A stretch of 64,000 bases of DNA, from NCBI RefSeq assembly GCF_048403405.1, contig NZ_CP183129.1. One strand, 5' to 3'. The DNA is from Escherichia coli. Its GTDB lineage: Bacteria > Pseudomonadota > Gammaproteobacteria > Enterobacterales > Enterobacteriaceae. Every line of letters starts with the position of its first letter. The stretch's first letter is position 1. Shown here one piece after another: positions 1-13,547 of the stretch. The notes beneath the pieces were generated by a model. It had not been told where the DNA came from. It worked only from the letters and a program-made list of their open reading frames with translations, and did not search any database. Made by a program: the position numbers and the translations under genes.

Positions 1-108
1 TAATAACTAGTTAATTAAAGTGGCATCCTCCCGCATCCTCTCTGATAATGACGGGATGCCGGGAGCAATCATGTCTGCTTCCTGAACTTTCTTCTGACAG
101 ATCAATGG

Positions 109-1083
109 ATGCCAGTAATGATTAGCGGCGTGCTGTACGCCCTGTTAGCAGGGTTGATGTGGGGGCTTATTTTTGTCGGGCCGTTGATCGTGCCGGAATA
201 CCCGGCGATGTTGCAGTCTATGGGGCGTTATCTGGCGTTAGGGTTAATTGCGCTGCCCATTGCCTGGCTGGGGCGCGTGCGTCTGCGTCAGTTGGCGCGT
301 CGCGACTGGCTTACCGCCTTGATGCTCACTATGATGGGCAACCTCATTTATTACTTCTGCCTTGCCAGTGCCATTCAACGTACTGGCGCGCCTGTTTCCA
401 CGATGATTATCGGCACCCTGCCGGTGGTCATTCCTGTCTTTGCCAATCTGCTTTATAGCCAGCGCGACGGCAAACTCGCGTGGGGAAAACTCGCCCCGGC
501 ACTGATTTGTATTGGCATCGGCCTGGCGAGTGTGAATATTGCTGAGTTAAACCACGGACTCCCCGATTTTGACTGGGCACGTTATACCTCTGGCATCGTG
601 CTGGCGTTAGTTTCCGTGGTCTGCTGGGCATGGTATGCCCTGCGCAACGCCCGCTGGCTGCGGGAAAATCCCGACAAACATCCGATGATGTGGGCGACGG
701 CGCAGGCGCTGGTCACGCTGCCGGTTTCGCTTATCGGCTATCTCGTCGCTTGTTACTGGCTGAATACGCAAACGCCGGACTTCTCCCTACCTTTTGGCCC
801 CCGTCCGCTGGTGTTTATTAGTCTGATGATTGCAATAGCCGTGCTTTGCTCATGGGTTGGCGCACTCTGCTGGAACGTCGCCAGCCAGCGATTACCGACA
901 GTGATTCTCGGGCCGCTGATTGTTTTCGAAACGCTGGCAGGTTTGCTGTACACCTTTTTGTTACGCCAGCAAATGCCGCCACTAATGACGCTGAGCGGTA
1001 TCGCACTGTTAGTGGTTGGCGTGGTCATTGCGGTCAGAGCAAAACCAGAAAAACCTTTAACTGAATCTGTCTCAGAAAGTTGA
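109..1083 (+). CDS. ytfF: DMT/EamA-family inner-membrane transporter YtfF
   Basis: ORF track 109..1083, 324 aa; very hydrophobic multi-helix protein; recognised as enterobacterial YtfF from recollection; alternative in-frame ATG at 118. Confidence 0.85.
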   Translation: MPVMISGVLYALLAGLMWGLIFVGPLIVPEYPAMLQSMGRYLALGLIALPIAWLGRVRLRQLARRDWLTALMLTMMGNLIYYFCLASAIQRTGAPVSTMIIGTLPVVIPVFANLLYSQRDGKLAWGKLAPALICIGIGLASVNIAELNHGLPDFDWARYTSGIVLALVSVVCWAWYALRNARWLRENPDKHPMMWATAQALVTLPVSLIGYLVACYWLNTQTPDFSLPFGPRPLVFISLMIAIAVLCSWVGALCWNVASQRLPTVILGPLIVFETLAGLLYTFLLRQQMPPLMTLSGIALLVVGVVIAVRAKPEKPLTESVSES

Positions 1084-1141
1084 CACGCTGGCAGTGAGTT
1101 AAATAAGCCTCTGCTACGTAAGGGTTATAGCTTTTGCCTTA

Positions 1142-1164
1142 AAGATGCATTTAAAATGCATCTT
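1142..1164. promoter_or_regulatory. NsrR operator: perfect 11-1-11 inverted repeat AAGATGCATTT-A-AAATGCATCTT in the ytfE promoter
   Basis: Perfect palindrome read directly at 1142..1164, 27 nt upstream of the ytfE ATG; matches the NsrR box known for ytfE and hmp. Confidence 0.6.
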
Positions 1165-1190
1165 ATCTTATTAAGAATGAGGTATCAGCT

Positions 1191-1853
1191 ATGGCTTATC
1201 GCGACCAACCTTTAGGTGAACTGGCGCTCTCTATTCCTCGCGCTTCGGCTCTGTTTCGTAAATATGATATGGATTACTGCTGCGGCGGTAAGCAAACGCT
1301 GGCGCGTGCGGCGGCACGTAAAGAACTGGATGTTGAGGTCATTGAAGCTGAGCTGGCAAAGCTTGCTGAACAACCGATTGAGAAAGACTGGCGTAGCGCC
1401 CCGCTGGCAGAAATCATCGACCATATCATCGTGCGCTACCACGATCGTCACCGCGAGCAACTGCCGGAGCTGATCCTGCAAGCGACTAAAGTCGAACGCG
1501 TTCACGCCGACAAACCGAGCGTGCCAAAAGGGCTGACAAAATACCTGACTATGCTGCATGAAGAGCTTTCCAGCCACATGATGAAAGAAGAGCAGATCCT
1601 CTTCCCGATGATCAAACAAGGCATGGGCAGCCAGGCAATGGGGCCAATCAGCGTAATGGAAAGCGAGCACGATGAAGCGGGTGAACTGCTGGAAGTAATC
1701 AAACACACTACCAATAACGTCACACCGCCGCCGGAAGCCTGCACCACCTGGAAAGCGATGTATAACGGCATTAATGAACTGATTGATGACCTGATGGAGC
1801 ACATCAGCCTGGAAAATAATGTGCTGTTCCCGCGCGCACTGGCGGGTGAGTGA
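1191..1853 (+). CDS. ytfE: Iron-sulfur cluster repair di-iron protein YtfE (RIC)
   Basis: ORF 1191..1853, 220 aa; N-terminal MDYCCGG motif and His/Glu-rich hemerythrin-like pattern; recognised as YtfE; NsrR box immediately upstream. Confidence 0.93.
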   Translation: MAYRDQPLGELALSIPRASALFRKYDMDYCCGGKQTLARAAARKELDVEVIEAELAKLAEQPIEKDWRSAPLAEIIDHIIVRYHDRHREQLPELILQATKVERVHADKPSVPKGLTKYLTMLHEELSSHMMKEEQILFPMIKQGMGSQAMGPISVMESEHDEAGELLEVIKHTTNNVTPPPEACTTWKAMYNGINELIDDLMEHISLENNVLFPRALAGE

Positions 1854-1856
1854 TCT

Positions 1857-1885
1857 AAAAGCTGGATGGCATTGCGCCATCCAGC
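1857..1885. terminator. Hairpin between convergent ytfE and cycA (GCTGGATGGC-ATTGC-GCCATCCAGC), A-run on the upstream side
   Basis: 10-bp perfect stem 1861..1870/1876..1885 with AAAA at 1857..1860, which gives a U-run for the minus-strand cycA transcript; weaker for ytfE. Confidence 0.45.
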
Positions 1886-1897
1886 ATGATAATGCGG

Positions 1898-3310
1898 TTA
1901 TTTCCGCAGTTCAGCAGCCCGCTTCTTACCAATAAACAACCAGCCCAGCCCCAGAGCGATAAACCACAGCGGGGTAACCAGCAGCGCCTGGCGGGTATCA
2001 TCTTCCAGTGTCAGCAGCACGACCACGAACACAAAGAATGCCATACATACCCAGCACATCAGCTTGCCGAGCGGCATCTTGTAGATTGATTTCTCATGCA
2101 AGTGCGGACGCTGTTTGCGATACACCAGGTACGAGCAAAGGATAATCGTCCAGACGAACATAAACAGAATCGCGGAAACGGTCGTGATCATCGTGAACGC
2201 ACCAATCACGCTGGGATTCACATACAGCATCACCACGCCGCCGAGCAGGCAGATGCAGGAGAAGGTCAGCCCTTTCGCGGGTACTGCGCGCTTAGAGAGT
2301 TTAGCGAACGCTTTCGGTGCCACACCTTCCTGCGCCAGACCAAACAGCATACGACTGGTAGAGAAGACGCCGCTGTTAGCGGAAGACGCCGCAGAGGTCA
2401 GCACCACAAAGTTGATCACGCTGGCAGCCGCAGGCAAACCTACCAACACAAACAGCTCAACGAACGGGCTTTTCTCCGGGACTACCGAACTCCACGGCGT
2501 CACGGACATAATCACAATCAGCGCGAAGACGTAGAACATAATGATACGGATCGGAATGGAGTTAATCGCGCGTGGCAGTGATTTCTCTGGATCTTTGGTT
2601 TCCGCAGCTGTTGTACCTACCAGCTCAATCCCTACGAAAGCGAAAACCGCTATCTGGAATCCGGCAAAGAAGCCACTTAAACCTTTCGGGAACCAGCCGC
2701 CATCATTCCACAAATGCGCGAATGACGCTTCCACACCGGTCGGTGACTGAAAGTGCATCGCCACCATGACCAGGCCGACGACAATCAGCGACACAATGGC
2801 GACGATTTTGATCATCGCAAACCAGAACTCCATCTCACCGAACATTTTCACGGTGGCGAGGTTGAGCGTCAGCAGCAGCACTATCACCGCCAGCGAGGCG
2901 ACCCAGTCGGAGAGCTCGGGGAACCAGAACTGAGCATAAGCCGTGATCGCCACCACGTCTGCCATACCGGTTACAACCCAGCAGAACCAGTAAGTCCAGC
3001 CGGTGAAATATCCTGCCCACGGCCCGAGTAAATCGGAAGCGAAGTCACTAAAAGATTTGTATTCCAGATTCGAAAGCAGCAATTCCCCCATTGCCCGCAT
3101 CACGAAAAAGAGCATAAAACCGATGATCATATAAACGAAAATGATCGACGGCCCGGCAAGGCTAATCGTTTTGCCGGACCCCATAAACAACCCCGTACCA
3201 ATGGCACCGCCAATGGCAATAAGCTGAATATGTCGGTTTGTGAGATTGCGCCGTAGCGACTGTTCAGCCGGAGCCTGATCATCGGCAACGACTTTTACCT
3301 GATCTACCAT
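1898..3310 (-). CDS. cycA: D-serine/D-alanine/glycine APC-family permease CycA
   Basis: ORF 1898..3310, 470 aa, 12-TM amino-acid permease; recognised as CycA. Confidence 0.93.
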   Translation of the reverse strand: MVDQVKVVADDQAPAEQSLRRNLTNRHIQLIAIGGAIGTGLFMGSGKTISLAGPSIIFVYMIIGFMLFFVMRAMGELLLSNLEYKSFSDFASDLLGPWAGYFTGWTYWFCWVVTGMADVVAITAYAQFWFPELSDWVASLAVIVLLLTLNLATVKMFGEMEFWFAMIKIVAIVSLIVVGLVMVAMHFQSPTGVEASFAHLWNDGGWFPKGLSGFFAGFQIAVFAFVGIELVGTTAAETKDPEKSLPRAINSIPIRIIMFYVFALIVIMSVTPWSSVVPEKSPFVELFVLVGLPAAASVINFVVLTSAASSANSGVFSTSRMLFGLAQEGVAPKAFAKLSKRAVPAKGLTFSCICLLGGVVMLYVNPSVIGAFTMITTVSAILFMFVWTIILCSYLVYRKQRPHLHEKSIYKMPLGKLMCWVCMAFFVFVVVLLTLEDDTRQALLVTPLWFIALGLGWLFIGKKRAAELRK

Positions 3311-3618
3311 GTTTTTTTCTTCCTGTACCTGTCTGTGTTGTTCAGGCTCTACGGCCTTTAGTCAGTCTATGATACGACGAATCTGTATCGGGACTCATCG
3401 ATATTAGGTAACAATACGCGGGATGAATACTAAGATTTAGATCTAATGTTAATTTTATGTTTAAAGTGAGTGTCATATCACGGTGATAACGCGAAACAGC
3501 TCACAAAAATACACGCTTACGCGGTCTTTGCAACACAAAATAGCGCCGTTTGGCAAACTGAAGGGTTTATTGCTGAATGCCTGCTCCCCTCTGGCTCGAG
3601 GGGAACAGAATGCGCTGC

Positions 3619-4239
3619 TTAGAGGATTTCCAGCAGTTCGACTTCAAACACCAGGGTGCTGAACGGAGGGATGGATGCGCCTGCGCCGCGCTCGCCATAT
3701 GCCAGTTCCTGCGGGATAGTCAGTTCCCATTTAGAACCTACCGGCATCAGAGTCAGTGCTTCAATCCAGCCAGGGATCACGCCATTAACCGGGAATTCAG
3801 CGGGTTCACCACGAGCAACGGAGCTGTCAAACACGGTGCCGTCGATCAGTTTACCGGTGTAATGAACACGAACGCGGTCGGTACGTGCCGGAATTGCGCC
3901 TTCACCCTGGTTGATCACGCGGAATTGCAGGCCAGATTCGGTGCTATTCACACCTTCTTTTTTGGCGTTTTCTTCCAGGTATTTCACACCTTCAGCAGCC
4001 ATCGCCTGGAAACGCTGACGACGAACGGCATCGGCGCGTTCGTGGATTTCACGCAGCGCGCGGTGCACCACATCAACCGGAACAGCCGGATGTTTGCCTT
4101 CCAGCGCATCGGCAATGCCTGCAACCAGTGCTTCTGGCAGCAGCCCTTCCAGGCCAGATTCACTCAGTTGTTGCCCTACCTGCAAACCAATGCCGTAGCT
4201 TGCTTGCGCTTCGATGGTGTCAAAAGTTGGGGTGGTCAT
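3619..4239 (-). CDS. fklB: FKBP-type peptidyl-prolyl cis-trans isomerase FklB
   Basis: Track ORF 3619..4398 extends upstream; internal ATG at 4239 gives MTTPTFD..., 206 aa, matching the FklB N-terminus; FKBP domain in the C-terminal half. Confidence 0.88.
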
Positions 4240-4456
4240 CGTATTTCCTTTCTTAGGGTATAAAGTAGCGGGCAGCATATCAGCCACACTTCTTTGGGTA
4301 AAACTTTGTCGCGGGAATGATGACAAATCCCGGGGAAAAAGAAACAATAGCAATATCCCGTATGAATATAATAAAGGCGGGTTTACCACGGACATCATAG
4401 CGTTAGCTTATTCATAGGCTATGATTGAGGAACAAGACGCGGAGCAGGAGGAAACC

Positions 4457-5095
4457 ATGCCCGGGCGCTTTGAACTAAAACCAACCCTGGAGAAAGTCTG
4501 GCACGCGCCAGACAATTTTCGCTTCATGGACCCGCTGCCGCCGATGCATCGTCGGGGGATCATTATTGCCGCCATTGTATTGGTGGTCGGATTTCTGCTT
4601 CCATCTGATGATACGCCCAACGCGCCGGTGGTGACGCGTGAAGCGCAGTTAGATATTCAGTCGCAATCACAACCACCGACAGAAGAACAGCTGCGGGCGC
4701 AATTAGTCACGCCACAAAATGATCCTGATCAGGTGGCTCCGGTCGCTCCAGAACCAATACAGGAAGGCCAGCCAGAAGAGCAGCCGCAACCCCCCCAAAC
4801 GCAACCATTCCAGCCAGATAGCGGAATTGATAATCAATGGCGCTCTTACCGTGTCGAACCCGGTAAAACGATGGCACAGCTGTTCCGCGACCACGGGCTG
4901 CCCGCTACCGATGTCTATGCAATGGCGCAGGTAGAAGGCGCGGGTAAGCCGCTGAGTAATTTGCAAAACGGGCAGATGGTGAAAATCCGCCAGAACGCCA
5001 GCGGCGTGGTGACGGGCTTAACCATTGATACGGGGAATAATCAACAGGTCTTGTTTACCCGCCAGCCGGATGGCAGTTTTATTCGTGCGCGGTAG
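4457..5095 (+). CDS. ytfB: Cell-division-associated OapA/LysM-domain protein YtfB
   Basis: Track ORF starts 4421; ATG at 4457 is preceded by AGGAGGA (4446..4452); 212 aa with one TM helix, a Pro/Gln-rich linker and a C-terminal OapA-like domain. Confidence 0.85.
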   Translation: MPGRFELKPTLEKVWHAPDNFRFMDPLPPMHRRGIIIAAIVLVVGFLLPSDDTPNAPVVTREAQLDIQSQSQPPTEEQLRAQLVTPQNDPDQVAPVAPEPIQEGQPEEQPQPPQTQPFQPDSGIDNQWRSYRVEPGKTMAQLFRDHGLPATDVYAMAQVEGAGKPLSNLQNGQMVKIRQNASGVVTGLTIDTGNNQQVLFTRQPDGSFIRAR

Positions 5096-5404
5096 ATGAA
5101 GGGTCAACCAAAAGCCAGCTAAGGATTGTCTCTTTGATGACCTTACGTCTGGCTTCCAGTGCCTGGGGGAAACCATACTGATATGATAAACCAGGCCAAG
5201 CGTATGCTGGTTGATCAAATAATATCCCCCAAGCGCAGCAATATTAATATACACCTGCAATGGGTCGATATCTGGCTTAAAAATATTGTGTTTCTTCCCT
5301 TCATCCAATAAGGATTCCATTAACTGCAAGTGCGCATGATTAATTTCTAAGAGACGCTGTGATTTTGCATAATGCACACCTTTACTTTGGTTTTCACTAT
5401 GCAC
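5018..5404 (-). pseudogene. ytfA: Decayed TetR-family regulator remnant (ytfA-like); only the C-terminal effector-domain-like part is encoded
   Basis: ORF 5018..5404, 128 aa; central segment resembles TetR C-terminal domains but no HTH N-terminus is encoded, and the frame runs 78 nt into the 3-prime end of ytfB. Confidence 0.45.
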
Positions 5405-5751
5405 AATTTTTAAAAACCTGGGATTAGCAATATAATAATTCCATGTAAAATCAATAATTTCTCAATGGCACTTGTGTCTGGTTAACCTGCTGATTAACGA
5501 ACTTACCGATACCGACAGCGTAGAATAATTACATACCGCACAACAAGAATGTATGGTGTAAGGCGTTGTCAGTCATCTCCCTCCCTGGGTGCATCGTTAT
5601 ATCCGTGATGAGCGATTTTTGATATTAATATCTTTTACTATCCGCTATTTTCACCACTTCAGAAAACAAACTTATTTTTATTAATATCAACTCTTTTTCT
5701 TTGAACATTCAACTGCGATATTTGTAAAAATATTAAACAGGCAACAATAAA

Positions 5752-6546
5752 ATGACATTACCAACCACTATTTATTCATTTCCTGCATATTCACCCCGTT
5801 TTTCGTCCACCGACAAACCAGTAAAATTAAAATTTCATCAATACGCACGCGCTACATTACTTTCAAATCGTGGAAGAGACCATAATTGCGATGGCAGACA
5901 TACTGTTGAGATCCACAAACTAGATCTCTCAGACTGGCAAGCATTCAATAAGTTAGCGACGAGGTGTAATACTTACGATGGAATAACAATGAATGGTGAT
6001 AATTCTTTTGGATGGAACCATGAAGCTACATTAGATAATATTCACGCCCAGAAATACAATAAAGCTTACGCGGGTGCGAGGTTAACCGCAGAACTGAAAT
6101 ATTTATTGCAAGATGTTGAATCCTTCGAACCCAACAGTAAATACACAATACACGAGGTTGTTTTGGGACCTGGTTATAGTACTCCAGACTATACCGGCCA
6201 AACGATAGGATACGTTGTAACCCTTCCTGCCCAAATGCCTAATTGCTGGTCATCTGAACTACCAACAATCGATCTTTATATCGACCAACTTCGCACTGTT
6301 ACAGGCGTTTCTAATGCCCTCGGATTCATCATTGCTGCATTGCTAAACGCGTATTCTGATTTACCCCATGATTTGAAAATTGGTCTGCGTTCCTTATCAA
6401 GTTCAGCAGCAATCTACTCGGGTTTGGGTTTCGAGCGAGTGCCGCAGGAGCGAGACATAAGGAGTGATCGTATGCATCTAACGCCAGCAAACCATCCTGA
6501 ATTATGGACACAAGAGAATGGTGAATGGATCTACTTGCGAAACTAA
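5752..6546 (+). CDS. yjfZ: Uncharacterized protein YjfZ (DUF2686 family)
   Basis: ORF 5752..6546, 264 aa, preceded by about 350 nt of very AT-rich sequence; recognised as YjfZ, function unknown. Confidence 0.8.
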   Translation: MTLPTTIYSFPAYSPRFSSTDKPVKLKFHQYARATLLSNRGRDHNCDGRHTVEIHKLDLSDWQAFNKLATRCNTYDGITMNGDNSFGWNHEATLDNIHAQKYNKAYAGARLTAELKYLLQDVESFEPNSKYTIHEVVLGPGYSTPDYTGQTIGYVVTLPAQMPNCWSSELPTIDLYIDQLRTVTGVSNALGFIIAALLNAYSDLPHDLKIGLRSLSSSAAIYSGLGFERVPQERDIRSDRMHLTPANHPELWTQENGEWIYLRN

Positions 6547-6568
6547 TACCTAACGAAAAATAGAAAGC

Positions 6569-6596
6569 AAAACGCCGACCAGTGGTCGGCGTTTTT
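6569..6596. terminator. Bidirectional intrinsic terminator between convergent yjfZ and rplI
   Basis: AAAACGCCGACC-AGTG-GTCGGCGTTTTT: 10-12 bp GC stem flanked by an A-run and a T-run, so it serves both strands. Confidence 0.65.
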
Positions 6597-6616
6597 ACGT
6601 CTCGTTGAATAACGAA

Positions 6617-7078
<462 letters not shown>

Positions 7079-7107
7079 TCAAAGTCGTATTAATGGACCG
7101 TGACCGA

Positions 7108-7654
<547 letters not shown>

Positions 7655-7660
7655 CAGAAA

Positions 7661-8074
<414 letters not shown>

Positions 8075-8382
8075 TTATTCAGCCTCCTGTCTGGGTCAGC
8101 CGAATCCCGGGGAGGCAAGGAACGTGTTAAAGGTCGGCTGAAAAATGACGCGTTATAGTACTGACATACCCCGCTAAACTCAAGGCCAGCCGACAAATAA
8201 ATCTCATCTTTCACCAAATCGTACTAACACGCTGATTTGAAGTTCATCACACTTCATCATGGTGTTTTTTTGAACAACTGCATCAGAAATGGTCACCATC
8301 AACTTCTTTATCATTGATTAAAATTAAATCAGAAGATCATCACAGAGGAGAGCACACAAAGTCAGCCGTTGAGGAGGTATCT

Positions 8383-8658
8383 ATGTTCAGTCGTGTTTTA
8401 GCCCTTCTGGCTGTGCTTTTGCTAAGTGCAAATACATGGGCAGCCATTGAAATTAATAACCACCAGGCCAGAAATATGGACGATGTGCAAAGCTTAGGCG
8501 TGATTTATATCAACCATAACTTCGCCACTGAAAGTGAAGCACGTCAGGCATTAAATGAAGAGACAGATGCGCAGGGCGCAACGTACTACCATCCGATCCT
8601 GATACGGGAACCGGGAAGTAACGGCAATATGCACGCCAGCGCGGATATTTATCGCTAG
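8383..8658 (+). CDS. yjfY: Small secreted DUF1471 (YhcN-family) protein YjfY
   Basis: Track ORF starts 8314; ATG at 8383 is preceded by GAGGAGG; 91 aa with an N-terminal signal peptide (MFSRVLALLAVLLLSANTWA). Confidence 0.8.
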   Translation: MFSRVLALLAVLLLSANTWAAIEINNHQARNMDDVQSLGVIYINHNFATESEARQALNEETDAQGATYYHPILIREPGSNGNMHASADIYR

Positions 8659-8698
8659 CACCAGGTATAACCAACGAAACATTGCCATAGTTTGCTTT

Positions 8699-8723
8699 GC
8701 CCCCTTCGCAGGGGGCTTTTTTT
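8699..8723 (+). terminator. Intrinsic terminator downstream of yjfY
   Basis: GCCCCC-TTCGCA-GGGGGC hairpin followed by TTTTTTT at 8717..8723. Confidence 0.65.
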
Positions 8724-8786
8724 GAAAAACGGCTGCGGAATTAGACCAGTTATCTCCCGAAGAAGGAAATTTCCGCAGCGCGTGTT

Positions 8787-9473
8787 TTACTTCTGCCCGT
8801 AATAAGCGTTGGGACCGTGCTTACGCATGAAGTGTTTATTCATGAGGTAGCTGTCGATGTGATTCAATTGTGGGTTAATGCCGCGGGCAATCCACGCCAT
8901 TTTTGCCACTTCTTCCATCACCACCGCGTTATGCACCGCATCGTGAGCATCTTTCCCCCAGGCGAACGGCCCGTGCTGGTACACCACAATCCCCGGTGTA
9001 TGCAGAGGCTCGGCGTTGCCCAGCGTTTCGATAATCACTTTGCCGGTGTTCAGTTCGTACTCACCCTGCACCTCTTCTTCGCTTAATCCGCGCGTACACG
9101 GGATATCACCAAAGAAGTAGTCGGCGTGCGTAGTGCCTAACGCCGGGATCGCCAGCCCCGCCTGCGCCCATGCGGTAGCATGAGTGGAGTGGGTATGGAC
9201 AATGCCGCCAAGCGACGGATAACGACGGTAGAGTTCGAGATGCGTCGCGGTGTCGGAAGACGGGCGATATTCCCCTTCCACCACCTTGCCGCTCATATCA
9301 ACCACCACCATATCGGCCGCTTTCATGGTTTCGTAGGCAACGCCGCTGGGCTTGATCACCACCAGCCCGCGTTCGCGGTCAATGGCGCTGACGTTGCCCC
9401 AGGTAAAGGTCACCAGCCCGTAGCGCGGCAGATCCATGTTGGCTTCAAATACCTGCTGTTTTAGCTTTTGCAT
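8787..9473 (-). CDS. ulaF: L-ribulose-5-phosphate 4-epimerase UlaF
   Basis: Track ORF 8787..9521; ATG at 9473 (MQKLKQQVF...) gives 228 aa; class II aldolase/epimerase fold; start overlaps the ulaE stop in TAATG. Confidence 0.9.
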   Translation of the reverse strand: MQKLKQQVFEANMDLPRYGLVTFTWGNVSAIDRERGLVVIKPSGVAYETMKAADMVVVDMSGKVVEGEYRPSSDTATHLELYRRYPSLGGIVHTHSTHATAWAQAGLAIPALGTTHADYFFGDIPCTRGLSEEEVQGEYELNTGKVIIETLGNAEPLHTPGIVVYQHGPFAWGKDAHDAVHNAVVMEEVAKMAWIARGINPQLNHIDSYLMNKHFMRKHGPNAYYGQK

Positions 9474-10327
9474 TATGCCGCCTCCACCATGCCCGCTTTC
9501 GCCATGCGCGCTTTCACCCAATCACGCGCTTTCGCCACTTCTGCCGCCGGGTCTTCCGCCGTTTCGCTCCACATCTCAATCAGGTACGGCCCGCAATAGC
9601 CACTCTGTTTGAGCGTTTCGAAGCAACGTTCGAAATCCACCACACCTTCGCCAAACGGCACGTTTTTGAAGACGCCTGGTTTGGTGTCTTTCACATGCAC
9701 CGCGACGATATGCCCAATTCCGGCCTGCAATTCCATCTGCACGTCGTTGTCCCACGCCGACAGGTTGCCGATATCCGGGTAGAGCTGGAACCACGGGTTG
9801 TTGAGATAGTGCGCGTAACCCAACGCCTTACTGATGGAGTTCATCAACGGGTAATCCATGATCTCCATCGCCAGCGTCACCTGCGCGCGGCTTGCCATCT
9901 CAACGCTCTCTTTCAGGCCGTCACGGAAACGACGACGCGTTTCGTTATTGGCTTCCTGATAGTAAACGTCATAGCCCGCCAGTTGGATTACGCGAATGCC
10001 AACGTCCTGGGCGAACTGGATAGCTTTACGCATAATCTCCAGCCCCTGCGCCCGTACCGCGTCATCTTCGCTGCCCAGCGGGAAACGACGATGAGCAGAA
10101 AGGCACATGGACGGTACGCGCACGCCGGTTTCAACAATCGCATTCACCAGCGCCAGACGCTGCTCGCGGCTCCAGTCGAGGCGCGACAGGCGATCGTCTG
10201 TTTCATCTACCGACATCTCGACAAAATCGAAGCCTAACGTTTTTGCCAGTTGCAGCCGTTCCAGCCAGCACTCCCCGGCGGGAAGCGCTTTTTCATAGAT
10301 GCCAAGCGGGATTTGTTTGGACAACAT
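9473..10327 (-). CDS. ulaE: L-xylulose-5-phosphate 3-epimerase UlaE
   Basis: ORF 9473..10327, 284 aa, TIM-barrel sugar epimerase; recognised as UlaE. Confidence 0.9.
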   Translation of the reverse strand: MLSKQIPLGIYEKALPAGECWLERLQLAKTLGFDFVEMSVDETDDRLSRLDWSREQRLALVNAIVETGVRVPSMCLSAHRRFPLGSEDDAVRAQGLEIMRKAIQFAQDVGIRVIQLAGYDVYYQEANNETRRRFRDGLKESVEMASRAQVTLAMEIMDYPLMNSISKALGYAHYLNNPWFQLYPDIGNLSAWDNDVQMELQAGIGHIVAVHVKDTKPGVFKNVPFGEGVVDFERCFETLKQSGYCGPYLIEMWSETAEDPAAEVAKARDWVKARMAKAGMVEAA

Positions 10328-10336
10328 ATCCGCTCC

Positions 10337-10987
10337 TTAGCCCCACAGTTCGGCAATGGAACGTTTGAACTGACGCGCAGCTTCAACCGGAGAAGCGGCA
10401 TCACGGATACTGCGACCAGCGATAAACACATGAATCGGAATGCCTTTGAACAGCGGCAGATCTTCCAGCGCCAGGCCACCGGTGACGGTCACTTTAAAGC
10501 CCATATCGGACAGACGTTTGATCGCGGTAATGTCAGCTTCGCCCCACGCCACGCCTGCGGCCTGCGCGTCACGGCTGCGGTGATAAACCACCTGCTGAAT
10601 ACCTGCGTCGCGCCACTGTTGCGCCTGTTCCCAGGTCCAGTAACCGGTCAGTTCGATCTGCACGTCGCCGTTAAACTCTTTTGCCACGTCCAGCGCACCT
10701 TTGGCGGTGTTGATATCCGCACAGCAAATCACGGTCACCCAGTCAGCGTTGGCTTCAAAGCACATACGAGAAAGGATTTTGCCCGCATCGGCAATTTTGG
10801 CGTCTGCCAGCACGATTTTGTGCGGGTAAAGCGCTTTCAGATCGCGAACCGCACGCACGCCTTCGCCCACGCACAGAATGGTACCCACTTCGATAATGTC
10901 GACTTCTTCGGCAATCAGGCGAGTGGTTTCATAGGCGCTATCCATAGTCTGGTTGTCCAGCGCGACCTGCAACATCGGTAATGACAT
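10337..10987 (-). CDS. ulaD: 3-keto-L-gulonate-6-phosphate decarboxylase UlaD
   Basis: Track ORF to 11026; ATG at 10987 gives [11 protein letters not shown]..., 216 aa, OMP-decarboxylase-like fold. Confidence 0.9.
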   Translation of the reverse strand: MSLPMLQVALDNQTMDSAYETTRLIAEEVDIIEVGTILCVGEGVRAVRDLKALYPHKIVLADAKIADAGKILSRMCFEANADWVTVICCADINTAKGALDVAKEFNGDVQIELTGYWTWEQAQQWRDAGIQQVVYHRSRDAQAAGVAWGEADITAIKRLSDMGFKVTVTGGLALEDLPLFKGIPIHVFIAGRSIRDAASPVEAARQFKRSIAELWG

Positions 10988-11000
10988 GTTCAATTCCTTC

Positions 11001-11465
11001 TTAAGCTGCCGCGTTGGTGCGGTCAATTAAATCCAGTACTTCCTGCTCGGTACGGCAGGCACGTAAACGGTCGAAATTCTCTTCATCTTCAAACAGATTG
11101 ACGATCTGCATGATGCCCACTTCCTGGTGAGTGTTGGCATCGACCGCCGCCATGGTGATGAGGATATCCACCGGATCGTTATCTTCGTGGTTGAACTCCA
11201 GCGGCTTTTTCAGCGTCACTAGCGCAAAACCGGTTTTCTTAACGCCCTCTTCCGGGCGACCGTGCGGCATTGCCAGGCCTGGTGCGAGCACAAAGTACGG
11301 ACCGTGCTGTTCAACCGCATCCAGAATCGCCTGGTAGTAACGCGGCTCGACAACATCCGCCGCTACCAGCAGGTCAACGCCGATTTTTACTGCGTCCTGC
11401 CATGTCTCAGCTTCAGCCTGCAGGCGGATGGATTTATTTTCCGCCAGCGAATCACGTAATTTCAT
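11001..11465 (-). CDS. ulaC: Ascorbate-specific PTS enzyme IIA UlaC
   Basis: ORF 11001..11465, 154 aa; recognised as UlaC. Confidence 0.9.
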   Translation of the reverse strand: MKLRDSLAENKSIRLQAEAETWQDAVKIGVDLLVAADVVEPRYYQAILDAVEQHGPYFVLAPGLAMPHGRPEEGVKKTGFALVTLKKPLEFNHEDNDPVDILITMAAVDANTHQEVGIMQIVNLFEDEENFDRLRACRTEQEVLDLIDRTNAAA

Positions 11466-11474
11466 GGCGCGTCC

Positions 11475-11780
11475 TTACTTCACATCCTGCGGGAAATGCG
11501 CTTTGATCACTTCCAGCAGTTTCGGGCCAAAGTCAGCAGGAGAGAGCATGTTGCGCACGCCAACCACGTATTTGTTGCCGGTCACGGTGATTTCGCCCGC
11601 AATGTGCGTAGAAGCGATGATGATATCCGCGCCGCTCAACTCGCTTTTGTATTCGCCAACCGCGCAGCTGTTTACCGTGTGGTCAATGTTTGATTGGGTT
11701 AAAAACTGGTCCACTTTCATCTTCATGATCATGGAACTGCCTTGTCCGTTGCCACACACAGCCAGAATACGTACGGTCAT
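11475..11780 (-). CDS. ulaB: Ascorbate-specific PTS enzyme IIB UlaB
   Basis: ATG at 11780 gives [16 protein letters not shown]..., 101 aa, with the active Cys in the CGNG motif. Confidence 0.9.
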   Translation of the reverse strand: MTVRILAVCGNGQGSSMIMKMKVDQFLTQSNIDHTVNSCAVGEYKSELSGADIIIASTHIAGEITVTGNKYVVGVRNMLSPADFGPKLLEVIKAHFPQDVK

Positions 11781-11795
11781 AATCAAAACTCCTTA

Positions 11796-13547
<1,752 letters not shown>

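Noticed and set aside
1-18. TAATAACTAGTTAATTAA at the window edge: stop codons in all six frames plus SpeI- and PacI-like sites, resembling a synthetic insulator or stop cassette
   Set aside because: It lies at the truncated window boundary with no adjacent foreign gene, marker or scar sequence, and is compatible with a natural AT-rich intergenic or gene-end region; not enough context to call it engineered
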